In this document: one piece after another, positions 32,575 to 43,048 of the stretch
Numbering within the stretch: position 1 is the stretch's first letter
Layout: each line of letters opens with the position of its first letter
IMG/VR virus record: IMGVR_UViG_3300028805_000089
Location: 24,718 to 88,717 of that record
DNA: 64,000 nucleotides
Strand: one strand, 5' to 3'
DNA from: a virus
Taxonomy: Duplodnaviria; Caudoviricetes
Program-made: the position numbers and the translations under genes
Notes under the pieces: model-generated
Told to the model about the DNA's origin: nothing
What the model saw: the letters and a program-made list of their open reading frames with translations, nothing else
Database searches by the model: none

Positions 32575-33666
32575 TTAATCATTTGTAACATAAACAACAA
32601 GCGGCGCGAAATACGTTTCACCGTTCACGGTAATTCGCGCATCAACGTGTCCCATACCGGGACCTACGGCCATGAATATGCCGCTTTTTTCAAGCTGTCT
32701 TCCGGACGTCACAACAGTAGTCGGCCCGATATCGTACCTAAACAAACTGTAATCCGGTTGGGCCAGCGTTCCGTCCTTCATTACATATTTAAGCGGAACG
32801 GTTGCAGACTGGCCGACTTTCATTTCCATATATCCGCCAACCATTACGATGCCTTCAAAATCGGCCCACGGTCCGGCTGCAGGCATGTCTACCATATACG
32901 CCAGCGCGAAGGACGCTTCGTCCACGCATACACCTTCGGCAGCCGCTTCCTCATAGGGAAGGGCGCTTCCGGACAGCGTGTCCACATCGGCGTCGGTCTG
33001 GTCGCCTTTCACGGGCGCTTCACCCTTGAACTGCATCCGGGGAATCCAGATATACCGGTCTCCCCATTTCGTACCCTGTGTGCTTCCCTGTCCCTGGGTC
33101 GTATACAGCGGCATCCTTATCATGCATATCTCAATATTCGGCTCAAACACCGAATCGATACGCAATTGATGTGCGCTTGCGGCCTTCACAAAGTACCGCA
33201 CACAATAAGTTTCACCGGCAGTCGCGGCGAAGTTTTTCACCTTCCGTGTGTCCGCGTCGATCTCGTAGGCGATGCCGCTCTTGTCCACAAATCCGTACAC
33301 CGTGTCCGTGCCATAAGGCGCGACAGGGGTCTGACTTACGGTCAAATCAGCGCCGGACGCCGTAACGGTTTCCAGCACGGGAATAATCCCGTTATACGTC
33401 AGTTCTCCGCCCACGCTCAATGCGCGGCTCTCAAGCGTCGATGTGGCTGCGGTAATCTCCAGTTCCAGTTTCGCGCTGTCCGGAAGGTTCAGCAGAACAG
33501 GGTTTCTCAGCTAACCGTTGATCTCTCCCATATTGGTCGAGGTCGTCAGGCTGTTCGTCTGCACCTTGTTGCTGTAAAAGTCAAGGTTGAACGTGGCCGG
33601 GTTAAACAGCCACACGTCCATCGTTCCCTTGGCATAAACAGGCGGGCTGTTTGTCGCGTAAGCCAT
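32575..33666 (-). CDS. major tail protein copy A, 363 aa; TAG at codon 52
   Basis: GEING*LRNPVLL aligns with GEINGSLRNPVLL in copy B. Confidence 0.8.
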
Positions 33667-33708
33667 GTTTATCTCCTTCTCTCATAACACAGGGGACGGT
33701 TCTCTGTG

Positions 33709-34518
33709 TCAGCTTCCGGGCGGCATAAACTGTCCCATTCCGGCGGGCGCTCCGCTCTTTATCGTGTCGCCCATCTCCTTCTGCCACTTGTCCAGCCGCA
33801 CCAGCCCGTGGTCCGGGTCGATGCGGTCGAACATCCAGTTCGGCGCGGGATTGCCTTTGCTGAACTTCGCTCCGTTTCCCTCTGCGATTGCGCAGATAAC
33901 GTACATCAATCTCCGGTTGTGCGCGTGTTTCAGCCGCGTATACTCAAGGATGCTCATCTCTCTTATGTCGTTCATCCTCAGTCCGCTCACGGCAGCCACG
34001 CTTGCCATCTCGTCGTACAGATTGATGTCTAAGTTATTTTTTTGCCCCAGGCTTTTCAGGTCTTCCTCCGCCTGAATAATCTCCGCGTTATCGCTTTCGT
34101 CAGGCAGATCGACCCCGTTCATTTCAGCGATAGCCCTTCTTACGGCATCCAGTTGATACGGCATCAGCACGGCACGGTTTTCCCCGTACTGGACGATCAC
34201 GCTTTTCAGCCCGTCCTGTGTGCCTACCTCCCGTATGCAGTTGGATATATCCTCTTCCGGAAGGCCCATGCTCAAGCCCATCAACAGCTTGAACATCATA
34301 TACCTTGTATCGCCTTTGTCCCGGAGCAATGTATATAACGCGTCGGCGTAGCATTTTACCGCATAGCGGGCAGGGAGCGTTGACAGCCTTACCGTCAGCG
34401 CACCGCTAAACGTTATCCACGCCTGATACGCATTCATCGTCAGCGGGCTGAATGTCAGCCCGTACAATTCACGCGGGTCGCCCCACGCCTCGTTCATCCG
34501 GTCAAGCAGTTTTCCCAT
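33709..34518 (-). CDS. hypothetical protein, possible tail assembly chaperone
   Basis: 269 aa ORF adjacent to the major tail genes. Confidence 0.55.
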   Translation of the reverse strand: MGKLLDRMNEAWGDPRELYGLTFSPLTMNAYQAWITFSGALTVRLSTLPARYAVKCYADALYTLLRDKGDTRYMMFKLLMGLSMGLPEEDISNCIREVGTQDGLKSVIVQYGENRAVLMPYQLDAVRRAIAEMNGVDLPDESDNAEIIQAEEDLKSLGQKNNLDINLYDEMASVAAVSGLRMNDIREMSILEYTRLKHAHNRRLMYVICAIAEGNGAKFSKGNPAPNWMFDRIDPDHGLVRLDKWQKEMGDTIKSGAPAGMGQFMPPGS

Positions 34519-34549
34519 CGTTTATTCCTTCCTGCTCTTTTCGCCTGCG

Positions 34550-34894
34550 TCAGGCACCCTGCTGGTTGTTAAGCAGCGCCTGCCGCGCAACGTCTTTGAG
34601 GAACGTGTCGTACTTCTCCTGCGCGGCGACCGCAGTCGCCAGCGCGTCCTCCACGTCCCCGTTCAAGTGCTGTCCCGTCATGGACTTGGCCATGATGGTC
34701 GTCAGTTTACACGTCGCATACTGAAATTCCGTGTTCAGTTTCTCCGCCTTTTCGCGGGCCTCGCTGATGGCCTGCATCCGTTCGATAAAGCGCTCCGTGT
34801 TTTTTCTTTCTTTATTGCCCTGATATGTTATCCACGCCACGATTATCGTGCAAAGCGGAGCGAACGCAATCCCGAAAATCTCAAGGAAGGTCAC
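34550..34894 (-). CDS. membrane-anchored coiled-coil (holin-like) protein
   Basis: N-terminal TM helix; NGDVEDAL motif. Confidence 0.6.
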   Translation of the reverse strand: MTFLEIFGIAFAPLCTIIVAWITYQGNKERKNTERFIERMQAISEAREKAEKLNTEFQYATCKLTTIMAKSMTGQHLNGDVEDALATAVAAQEKYDTFLKDVARQALLNNQQGA

Positions 34895-35079
34895 GTTCCG
34901 TCACCCCCCTTCCTCTCAAGATATTTCTCGCAGCTTTTATATCCAACGGTGATTTCATATGCCCTTCTGCTCGGACAGTATTGCTGTTTCAAACATATCT
35001 GCCCGTCCGCCTTGCATTGGAATATCCCGTTTACCTTGTCCATACGCACCGCATACGGGCATTGCCACGAAGTTCCCAT
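34891..35079 (-). CDS. small Cys-rich protein
   Basis: CPY...C...C..Q.YC; stop/start overlap with neighbours. Confidence 0.6.
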   Translation of the reverse strand: MGTSWQCPYAVRMDKVNGIFQCKADGQICLKQQYCPSRRAYEITVGYKSCEKYLERKGGDGT

Positions 35080-35094
35080 CGGTCATCCCTTCTC

Positions 35095-36453
35095 TCAATA
35101 CCCGTACACGTTCACCGTCACGGTCTTTTCCATTCCGTGCGATGCAGCGCTTACGGTAATTTCACCCGGCAGGAATCCGGTAACCGTTATCCGGTTCCCG
35201 TCCTGCTCCCATGACGCCGCGTTCATGTCCCATGTCCTCACGGTATATTCAACGGCTTCTTCGGTCTTCACGCCGCCGACAAACCACGCGGCCTCCAGAG
35301 TAACACTCTGGTATTGTGCGCATTTCTCGGCCTTCTGCAGCCATTCAAGCCCTTCGATGATTTCCCCGTCCACCGTGATTGCGGCCTCGCAGGTTATCTT
35401 TTCGTTCTCCTCAAGTGTAGCGCGGATGACGCATTCGCCCTCGCCGACGGTCGTAATAACACCGTCTCCGTTTACCGTCGCCACGTTCTCGTCCGTGCTT
35501 TCATACCGCCATGTCAGCGGATATTCTCCCAGCCGTTCCACTCCTCCGTCAGCGGTCGTTCCGTAGGTCACGCCGTCAATGATGGATAGTATCTGGCCGT
35601 TTCGCACGGTCTCGATCCCGGTCTGATAAGTTTTGCCGGGAATCGCTTTTGCGGGAACGCCCGTAAACGAGGCGTGCATGTCAAAACTTTTTCCGTCGGC
35701 CACCCTGTTCTCCAGGTCGTCGCTTTCGATGGGTTCCTGGCTCTGCAAGTCGAAATACAGGATATGCGTGGAATCCGCGTTCCCTGTCTCGCTCTGCAAA
35801 AAGTCGATCAGGCCCCTCACCATATAAGCCATCGTCCCAAGGATCATCCGGCGGTTCGTCAGCAGGTCCTTCGTATCCTCGTTCAGCTGCATCACGCATT
35901 TCTGGTAAAGGTTCGGGGATACGATGTAGTCCATATATTCGTTTGCGCTGGCCTGGCTCTGGTTCTTCGCCCAGTAAAACGGCTCTTCCTTGATGTTGCC
36001 GTAAAAGTCCAGCCGCCGCCATGTCACGTTGCACCTTCTGCACACCGCAGTCGCCTGCGCTCCGTTCGCTTCGTCCGGGTTCTACACGATGTATGTATCC
36101 CCGTTCACTTCGATCTTCGCGCCAAGCCCCACGGCGTTGATCTTTGAACTTTCAAACTTTATCTTTTTCCAGTCCTCAATGATATTGGTGGTCGTGCCGT
36201 GCCTTACCATGACCTACATACGAATCCGCGTCCTGAACCATTTATAAAAATCGTCCTCGTCGATACCCTGGACCCGCGCCATGTACATATCCTACGCGTA
36301 TTTCAGATTCCTGTTGTTGTAATCCGATGTGTTCCGCGTGAACCCGTACTACCTCTGCAGCCCTTCGTTTTCGGAAGGGGATTTCACCCCGGCGCGTTTT
36401 CTGTACGGCACCATGCTCTTCGCGTTGCCTATCCTTTTCTCTATCCCTTCCAC
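35095..36453 (-). CDS. neck / head-closure-like protein with Ig-like C-terminus, 452 aa; TAGs at codons 35, 54, 80, 124
   Basis: AAGGAGG RBS, GTG 36453; LQR*YG, KYA*DM, IRM*VM, YIV*NP all in frame with the 316 aa ORF. Confidence 0.78.
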
Positions 36454-36566
36454 GCCGTCTCCTCCTTCCTTCTTTTTTAAACTCCGCTGTCATTATCGCG
36501 TTTCATTCAGGTTCCCCGCGCCCAAACTCTCGGACCATTCCAAAACTCCACTCTTCACTCTTAAAT

Positions 36567-37265
36567 TCAAACCGGAGGTTTAAATTTCTTCCCGCTCGGC
36601 AGCGTCTCCATTGCCGCCAGCCCCTGCTCAAAGCTGACCAACGCGCTGTTCAGTTGCCCGTAAATCGTCTTCAGCCTTTCCGTTCCCTTGGCGATCCAGT
36701 TGCTCTCGTTGCCCACGTCAAAGCTGTCGTCCTTTATCTTCGGCGTCCTCGGGAGAAAGTCGTTGTTGAACCTCCGCTCCCATACGTACTGTACGCACAG
36801 TCCCAGAATGTTCTTCATTTCGTCCGTCAGGTCGTTCTCAAAATACCCGTCGGTATAGAAATCGAACTGCACGCTCCTGCCGCCCTCCACTACCTGGTTC
36901 ACGGTTACGCTCCCGGTCTCCGGGTCGTATGTGATATCAAGCGGCACATACACCGGCGTACCAAGGTCGTCTTCTTCGATCACCCCGGCGCTGCATATTT
37001 CAAACCCCGTGATTCCCGTCTCGATCACGTCGCCCTAATCCAGCATCGTGGTCGTTTCGATTTCCGTATCCTCCCAGTCCGGGTCCGTGTGGGCAAGCCA
37101 TGTTTTCGCCTCCGGTGGCCGGTTGAACATCGGTATTCCGTTCTTCATGTACAGCGCCATCTTCCTGAAGAATCCGGCGGGGTTCTCGTCCATCTCGTCC
37201 TGAAGACGCACGTCTTCTTGCTGCACCATAAAATAGTCGCAGATGATCTCCGTATATGCTGTCAT
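36567..37265 (-). CDS. head-tail connector-like protein, 232 aa; TAG at codon 77
   Basis: TTMLD*GDVIETG joins two ORFs in frame. Confidence 0.7.
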
Positions 37266-37282
37266 ATGAACGTTCCCCCCTT

Positions 37283-37954
37283 TCACACGCTCGGCGTATG
37301 CGGGGGAGTGTCGCTGTCCCCGTATGTCACGCCGAATATCACTCTTCGTCCGATGTTCTGCGCGGAGTCCATAATATTCTCGGACCCCGTTTCCGAAAGC
37401 TGCTGACGGTCTATATAAAACGTGCCGATGCCGTCGATGTTCACGCCGCTCAAGCATTCCCACAGGCATTGCTCAATGGCCACGCACCTGGACTGCGCAA
37501 GCGTCTTTGTGTTCGTGTCCATCTGCATGTTCGACAATATGTCGAATATGATGCCAATCTGCACGATGTTTTGGTTCAGCGGCTTGATGTTCCCGATAAA
37601 ACACTTCAGTATCGTCTGCCCCCGCGTCTGCGCCTGCGGCACGTAGCTTACCGGGTAGATCCGATATCCCCTGTCCGTCGGCATGATGTCCGGCTTGTCC
37701 GTATCGAAAACCAGCTTCAGCTTTTCGGCGGGGGAGGGGATGGGATTATCCAATGGATTCGGTCCGTCGTAATACAGATACTTCATCAGCCTGCATCGCG
37801 GATAGGTATTGTCGTCCGGCGGGGTGTACCCCGGCAGCGGCAAATCCATAATGTAATCCAGAATCAGTTTCGGCAGCGTATCCAGGTGGTTCATCCACGC
37901 CGTATTGATTACCCGTTCATACGGATAAGTTGCGCTCCGCCTGTCGGTGTTCAT
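37283..37954 (-). CDS. putative neck / tail terminator protein
   Basis: 223 aa; position in the head-tail region. Confidence 0.55.
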   Translation of the reverse strand: MNTDRRSATYPYERVINTAWMNHLDTLPKLILDYIMDLPLPGYTPPDDNTYPRCRLMKYLYYDGPNPLDNPIPSPAEKLKLVFDTDKPDIMPTDRGYRIYPVSYVPQAQTRGQTILKCFIGNIKPLNQNIVQIGIIFDILSNMQMDTNTKTLAQSRCVAIEQCLWECLSGVNIDGIGTFYIDRQQLSETGSENIMDSAQNIGRRVIFGVTYGDSDTPPHTPSV

Positions 37955-38622
37955 TTCGCCTCACCCTTTTTCATCGCGGCTGCCTTCCCGGCCATCTCCA
38001 GTATCCTCGCGGCCCGCTCCAGTTCCTCCGGCTTGGGTTCCCGTGACTTCCTTTCGGCCTTCGCCGTATCCCCGGCGATGCGTCCGGCCTTGCGCTTCTC
38101 ATAGTCGCTCACCGCCACGCCAATGGCCTTCAGGTCTTCGCTCAGTTCTTCCAGGTTCTGCGGATCGTTCATCGAAAGCGCCACAAACGTCCTGCCAAGG
38201 CCGTCATTGTAATGTCCCAGCCGCGAATAGATTTCTGTGTTCAGCATTTTTTTCAGTTCGCCGTAATCATACAGGATGTTGAACACCTTGTCCCGGATGT
38301 CCCGGTCGCCCTTCAGCCTTTCAAGCTGATTGATAAGGTGGCTCGACAGCACCTCGTCGTAATCCTTTTCCTGAAGCACAGTTTCCTCCGGATACAGCTT
38401 CAGGTAATTTACCGACAGGGCGCTCGCCAGCGCCATCTGCCGCGCCATCGTGTTTTCCTCATACCGGTCCGGCGTCGCGAACGCGGATTCGCTCTTGTCT
38501 CCGCCGTTGATGGTCACGTTCTGGATGGCCACGCTTGCCACGTTCCTGCACCAGATGTGCTTCCGCTGAAGCGGGATATAATCATTTGCCTTTTCGATGA
38601 TCTCTTTCGTCAGGGTAATCAT
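37951..38622 (-). CDS. hypothetical structural-region protein
   Basis: 223 aa ORF with RBS. Confidence 0.65.
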   Translation of the reverse strand: MITLTKEIIEKANDYIPLQRKHIWCRNVASVAIQNVTINGGDKSESAFATPDRYEENTMARQMALASALSVNYLKLYPEETVLQEKDYDEVLSSHLINQLERLKGDRDIRDKVFNILYDYGELKKMLNTEIYSRLGHYNDGLGRTFVALSMNDPQNLEELSEDLKAIGVAVSDYEKRKAGRIAGDTAKAERKSREPKPEELERAARILEMAGKAAAMKKGEAK

Positions 38623-38714
38623 GTTTTCTTTCTCCCTCTTGTTTTATAACGGCGTACCGTTGCATAAGGAGTTTTCCAAAACTCCACTCTTCACTCTCCA
38701 CTCTTCACTCTTGC

Positions 38715-39449
38715 TCAAAACGCCGCGTCCTTCGCGTTCAGCTTCTCGATCACGCTGTAAAACGCGCCCTGTTTCGGGAACTTCGGGTCCTGCTTGCTCA
38801 GTTCGTTCAGCGCCACCACCAGCTGCCTGTTGTGTGCGCTCGGATGGTTCTCTTCAAACCCGGAAATGAACCTCCGGGCGATCATTTCCTTATGCTCGTG
38901 GCACAGTGCCGGAAATACGGCGATCAGGTCTTCGCCCATGTCAAGCATTTTCACAAACGCCTTTTCGTCCAGGAGTTCCCCTTCCCGGTACATGCAGTTG
39001 TTCATTTCCCGCTCTTCGTCCGTAAGCCCGGAAAGGACAATCAGCATCCGCTTTTTGATAAAGCCCTTCATGCTCTCGTCCAGGAACTTGCTCCATTCGC
39101 TCTTCGGTACGGAAGCGTACCCGGTCTTCCCGGTGATGCTCCCGTACACGCCGTTCGGTCCCAGATTCAGCACGTTCTCCTCGGCCACCTCTGCCTGCCA
39201 GCGGAGGTTCACCTTCTCCACGTCGGCCATTACCTGGACCACCTGCGGCTTGGCCATCGCCAACTGCTCCTGCATCATCTGAAGCGTCTTCATCGCGTCG
39301 GCCAACTGCTTTTTCAGCGCGTCAACTTCCTCGTTAACGGCTTCCGCTTTGACCTCCTGCGGCGCTTCATTAACTTCTTCGTTCACCTTCGGCGTCCTCG
39401 CCGGTTTCCTTGCCGCGCCCTTCACGGTTTTCTTTTTCTGCTCGGTCAT
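38715..39449 (-). CDS. hypothetical protein downstream of the capsid gene
   Basis: 244 aa, AAGGAG RBS. Confidence 0.7.
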   Translation of the reverse strand: MTEQKKKTVKGAARKPARTPKVNEEVNEAPQEVKAEAVNEEVDALKKQLADAMKTLQMMQEQLAMAKPQVVQVMADVEKVNLRWQAEVAEENVLNLGPNGVYGSITGKTGYASVPKSEWSKFLDESMKGFIKKRMLIVLSGLTDEEREMNNCMYREGELLDEKAFVKMLDMGEDLIAVFPALCHEHKEMIARRFISGFEENHPSAHNRQLVVALNELSKQDPKFPKQGAFYSVIEKLNAKDAAF

Positions 39450-39513
39450 TTTTCTTTCTCCTTAAAGGTTATTCCCCGCTCCCGGAGTCGAACCGGGCAA
39501 ACCCCTGCGGGGA

Positions 39514-39550
39514 TAAACCGGGGGAGAGGAACTTCCCCGTCCCCCGGCCT
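39514..39550 (-). terminator. intrinsic terminator-like hairpin after the capsid gene
   Basis: CCGGGGGA...TCCCCCGG followed by TTT on the - strand. Confidence 0.65.
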
Positions 39551-39564
39551 TTTGTATCGCGTTA

Positions 39565-40794
39565 TCAAACGGTCATGACGGCCATCTTGGAACCAAAGAC
39601 GGCGACGCTATCCAGCGAACTGGTCACGATGATGTCGATGCTCCGATCTGCGGTTTCGTCAGGATCGAGGGTGATCGAGATTGGGAACCCATCCTCCATA
39701 GCCAGATACACGGGCTTGTGACCATTGGTCGCGGCGAAGTAGATCTTGCTGGAATCGATCATTTCGGTCACAGTCGTGTTCTGAGTGCCGGGAACGATAG
39801 CCTGATCCAGGGCCATCAGCTGCGCTCCGCCGTAACCGGTCAGATAGCCGCTCCGGGCGTACTCGTTACCAAGTAGCATGGCAAGCGCGGCGTCCAGGTT
39901 GATGGAGGCGGCGTTGGCGATGCCGCTGGGCAGCACCTTGGACAGGGCGATGATATCACCGAAGGCGATGACGCCGCTGCCATAGGCGTTGTTGACGGCC
40001 TTGACCTTCTTCACGGCAGTCAGGAAGTTCTGGGTAGAATACTGCGCGAAGGTCAGACCGGCGGGAACGAGGGTGCTGTCGGCAGCGCCCGCAACCATGG
40101 CAGCGTTCCACATCGCCATGATCTTGGAATGCATACCGGCGGCGATGGCGTTGAAGAGACGGCCAAGATCAACGTCGTTCGAGATCATCTGATACCATTT
40201 GATAGACGCCTTCGCTGTTTTGGGTCTCGGATTCAAAACGAAAGATTTCGAGTAGAGCCTGTTGGCGGGCTTGCTCCGGGCAGCGCCGTGGCTGTCGTCC
40301 TCGAACAGGAACACGTCGTTGCTGTTCACTTCGATCTCGTGGGTCTGGCCAATCGGCACGAACACGGTCTCGCACAGATAATCCAGCGCGTTGGACAGCA
40401 TCGCGGGCATGACGGGAGTCACGACTTCGGTGAAGATGCCGGACAGGACCTTCAGGAAAGTGCGGTCGTTCATGAACCGCCTCTGGGCCTTAACGAGGTC
40501 CTGGAAGGTTTCGGGAGCAGCTTCACCGGTCTGGTTGCAGGCCATCTTCGCGGCGTACAGGAACATCTTGGTCTTCAGCTGCTCGTTGATCTCGGCGTAC
40601 TTTTTGTCGTCGATCCGGTTGGTATAATCGGCCTGTTCGTTCAGGGCGACGCGCACCTTGTTCAGGTCGCGGCCGGCGCGTTCAGCCATCAGAAGGCGTC
40701 CGCAGGCCACGATGTCGGCGCGTTCCTGGCTGCCGCCGAATTCAGCCGCGTTCACAGCAAAGATGCTGCTGGAAAGGTTATTCAGTCGAATCAT
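39565..40794 (-). CDS. major capsid protein
   Basis: 409 aa, follows the scaffold and decoration genes, highly biased codon use, TGA TAA double stop; no TAG. Confidence 0.8.
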   Translation of the reverse strand: MIRLNNLSSSIFAVNAAEFGGSQERADIVACGRLLMAERAGRDLNKVRVALNEQADYTNRIDDKKYAEINEQLKTKMFLYAAKMACNQTGEAAPETFQDLVKAQRRFMNDRTFLKVLSGIFTEVVTPVMPAMLSNALDYLCETVFVPIGQTHEIEVNSNDVFLFEDDSHGAARSKPANRLYSKSFVLNPRPKTAKASIKWYQMISNDVDLGRLFNAIAAGMHSKIMAMWNAAMVAGAADSTLVPAGLTFAQYSTQNFLTAVKKVKAVNNAYGSGVIAFGDIIALSKVLPSGIANAASINLDAALAMLLGNEYARSGYLTGYGGAQLMALDQAIVPGTQNTTVTEMIDSSKIYFAATNGHKPVYLAMEDGFPISITLDPDETADRSIDIIVTSSLDSVAVFGSKMAVMTV

Positions 40795-40812
40795 GTCTTT
40801 TCACTCCTTCTC

Positions 40813-41400
40813 TTAGGCTTTAAGCGCGAGGGCGTCCACATAGCCGAAACCGGCATAAGCGCCCTGGGTGAAGTTGCCGCTGCCCAGTACCTGGAAATAG
40901 ATCCCGCTACCCGCTTCGGGGGCGGCGGCGGCGGGAACCAGTTTACCGGCGTTGGTGGAAGTGCCGCAGGTCAGGTAACCGTTCGTGCCAAGAGCGGTGG
41001 TCAGGTTGCCGACGCCAAAGCGGTAGATATGGGTGCCGTCCGCACGGATCAGGGTGAAGGTGTCCTCCACACCGGCGGGGATGGGCAGGCCCAGGGTCTC
41101 GCGGTTCACTTTATAAACGTTGCCGCTGATGGGATCGGTGATCTCGTTCACGTTATGGGGGTTGGCGGCGTACAGGATGTCGGTAGCGGCACCGGCCTGC
41201 ATGGTCCATGTGTTGCCGTTCTTGGTCCCAGCAGGATAACCTTCGTTATCGATCAGGGCAACCCGCTTGCACAGGAAACCGGCGGAGCAGATTTCAGGTT
41301 CGTCGCTCCCGTTCAGGAACTTGCCGGTGATGTTGGCCACGCTGTCAAATTCGTGGTTGGAAACCCGCACTTCAAAGGCGGTATTCGCGATATATGCCAT
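40813..41400 (-). CDS. head decoration / minor capsid protein
   Basis: 195 aa, between protease and capsid genes; biased codon use. Confidence 0.65.
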   Translation of the reverse strand: MAYIANTAFEVRVSNHEFDSVANITGKFLNGSDEPEICSAGFLCKRVALIDNEGYPAGTKNGNTWTMQAGAATDILYAANPHNVNEITDPISGNVYKVNRETLGLPIPAGVEDTFTLIRADGTHIYRFGVGNLTTALGTNGYLTCGTSTNAGKLVPAAAAPEAGSGIYFQVLGSGNFTQGAYAGFGYVDALALKA

Positions 41401-41425
41401 TGCTTTTCACTCCTTATAATTTCTC

Positions 41426-42916
41426 TCAGCGCATGATGCGGCTGATCGCCCCGTCCAGGCCGTCGCCGTCCTTGCCGTTGCTGTTCACGATGTCCCACGC
41501 CAGGGTCCTGCGCTCGTTCTCGCGCTTTTTCTGAGCGGCCTTCAGGACTTTGTCCATGCAGGCGGCGTTCAGCGCCTCCACGGCACGCTCCGCGCCGTTC
41601 CACTTGCCGCAGTTGTCGCAGCAGTCTTCCTCGGCGTATTCCTCAGCATCGTCTTCCAGACCCTTGCACAGTTCCTCGCAGCCGTCCACTTCCATCTCGC
41701 GGACGATCTCGTTCAGGCGGGCCTTCAGGGCGTTCTTCACGTCCTCGATGCGGCGCTGTTTTTCCATCTCGCGCAGTTTCGCGACTTCGGCCTCGGCCTT
41801 GTCGGCGCGTTCTTTTTCAGCGGCGCACAGTTTCTCGGCCTTCTCCTGATTCGCGGCCATTTCGCCGGTCAGTTCGGCGATGTCCACCTCAAAGGCGGTT
41901 TCGTCGTTCAGTTTGAAAACGGCGTTGACACTCAGAGCCTGGAAATGTTCGGGGACGATGGTCTCATCGGTATTCTCGAACACGTAGGCGCAGGGGTCGC
42001 CGTCCTTCAGCATGCAGACGTGCTTTTCGTCCGCAGCCAGCACACGGCAGCCGTCACCAAACCGCTTCGCCAGTTCAGCAAGCTGTTTCCTGTTCATCTT
42101 TCTGTTCACTCCTTGTTTTTCGTTGGTCTCATTGTCCTCGGCCTTTTCCTCTTCCATCGACGCGGCCCTGAGTTTCATTTCTTTAAAAGCCGCCTGCATT
42201 TCGGAAAGCGCCCGGACATTGGCACCGGGGATGGCCGGGGCGACGTCATCGCCCAATATGGTCACGCCCAGTCCCCTCCAGTTTGTGTAGACGTCGATGT
42301 TCCCATTCTGTTCTCCCTCGAACACTTCGGTCTCTGCGCTGACAGACATGCGCCCCTGCGACGCGATTTTGTCAACAAGTTCTTTATGATAAAAGCGCCA
42401 GAGTTTTCCACGGGCAATAATCCATTCCTGCCCATCCTTCTCTTCGACGCGAATATCCCCTTCATTTTCCCCGATGCACCCAACGATTCTTTCGGCATAC
42501 GGACTCATCGTGGAGTAATAGGTGTTGCCGTCGGCGTCGGTCTTCTGGTCCATGTTATGCCCGTCGCCGATCTTGCTTCCCACATACGCGGTCAGGATGG
42601 GGCATCCGCAGAACGTCCATGCAAAATCCTTGATGTTCCTGTAGTCCCAGTTGTTCCTGTTCACCCCGCTCCGCATCACTTCGATCTCAACGGAGTACGT
42701 CAGGTCGTTGTCTCTCTGCAGCACCCTCAGTTCCCCGCATACGGGCTTTTCATCCTGCCCGTCATTTTCCTGCCCGGTTTTCAGTATATAGGCACTCTAT
42801 GTGCAAACCGTCCAGTTGGTCGCATTCGCATTGGTTACGCTGTCACAAAACTCTTTCATAGTTGTGGACAACTGCCCCGTGTTTACGACCAGCTCTTTGC
42901 CGCCTTCCATTTCCAT
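41426..42916 (-). CDS. prohead protease / scaffolding protein, 496 aa; TAG at codon 40
   Basis: GGAGG RBS before ATG 42916; VCT*SAY in frame with GELRVLQ...DGHNM...GVTILG and a coiled-coil C-terminus; the 5' extension is less certain. Confidence 0.7.
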
Positions 42917-43048
42917 CAACCTCCGCAAATCCGCATTTTTTGCGGATATCCGTTCAACACAACATAGGGGACGGTTCTCTGTGTTCACATCAAAACCGCC
43001 TTCATCTCAACTCTCAATTCTCAACTCTCAACTCTAAGTTCTAAACTC

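Noticed and set aside
30700-34520. Programmed -1 frameshift in a tail assembly chaperone
   Set aside because: No convincing slippery heptamer with an overlapping extension ORF was found by eye.
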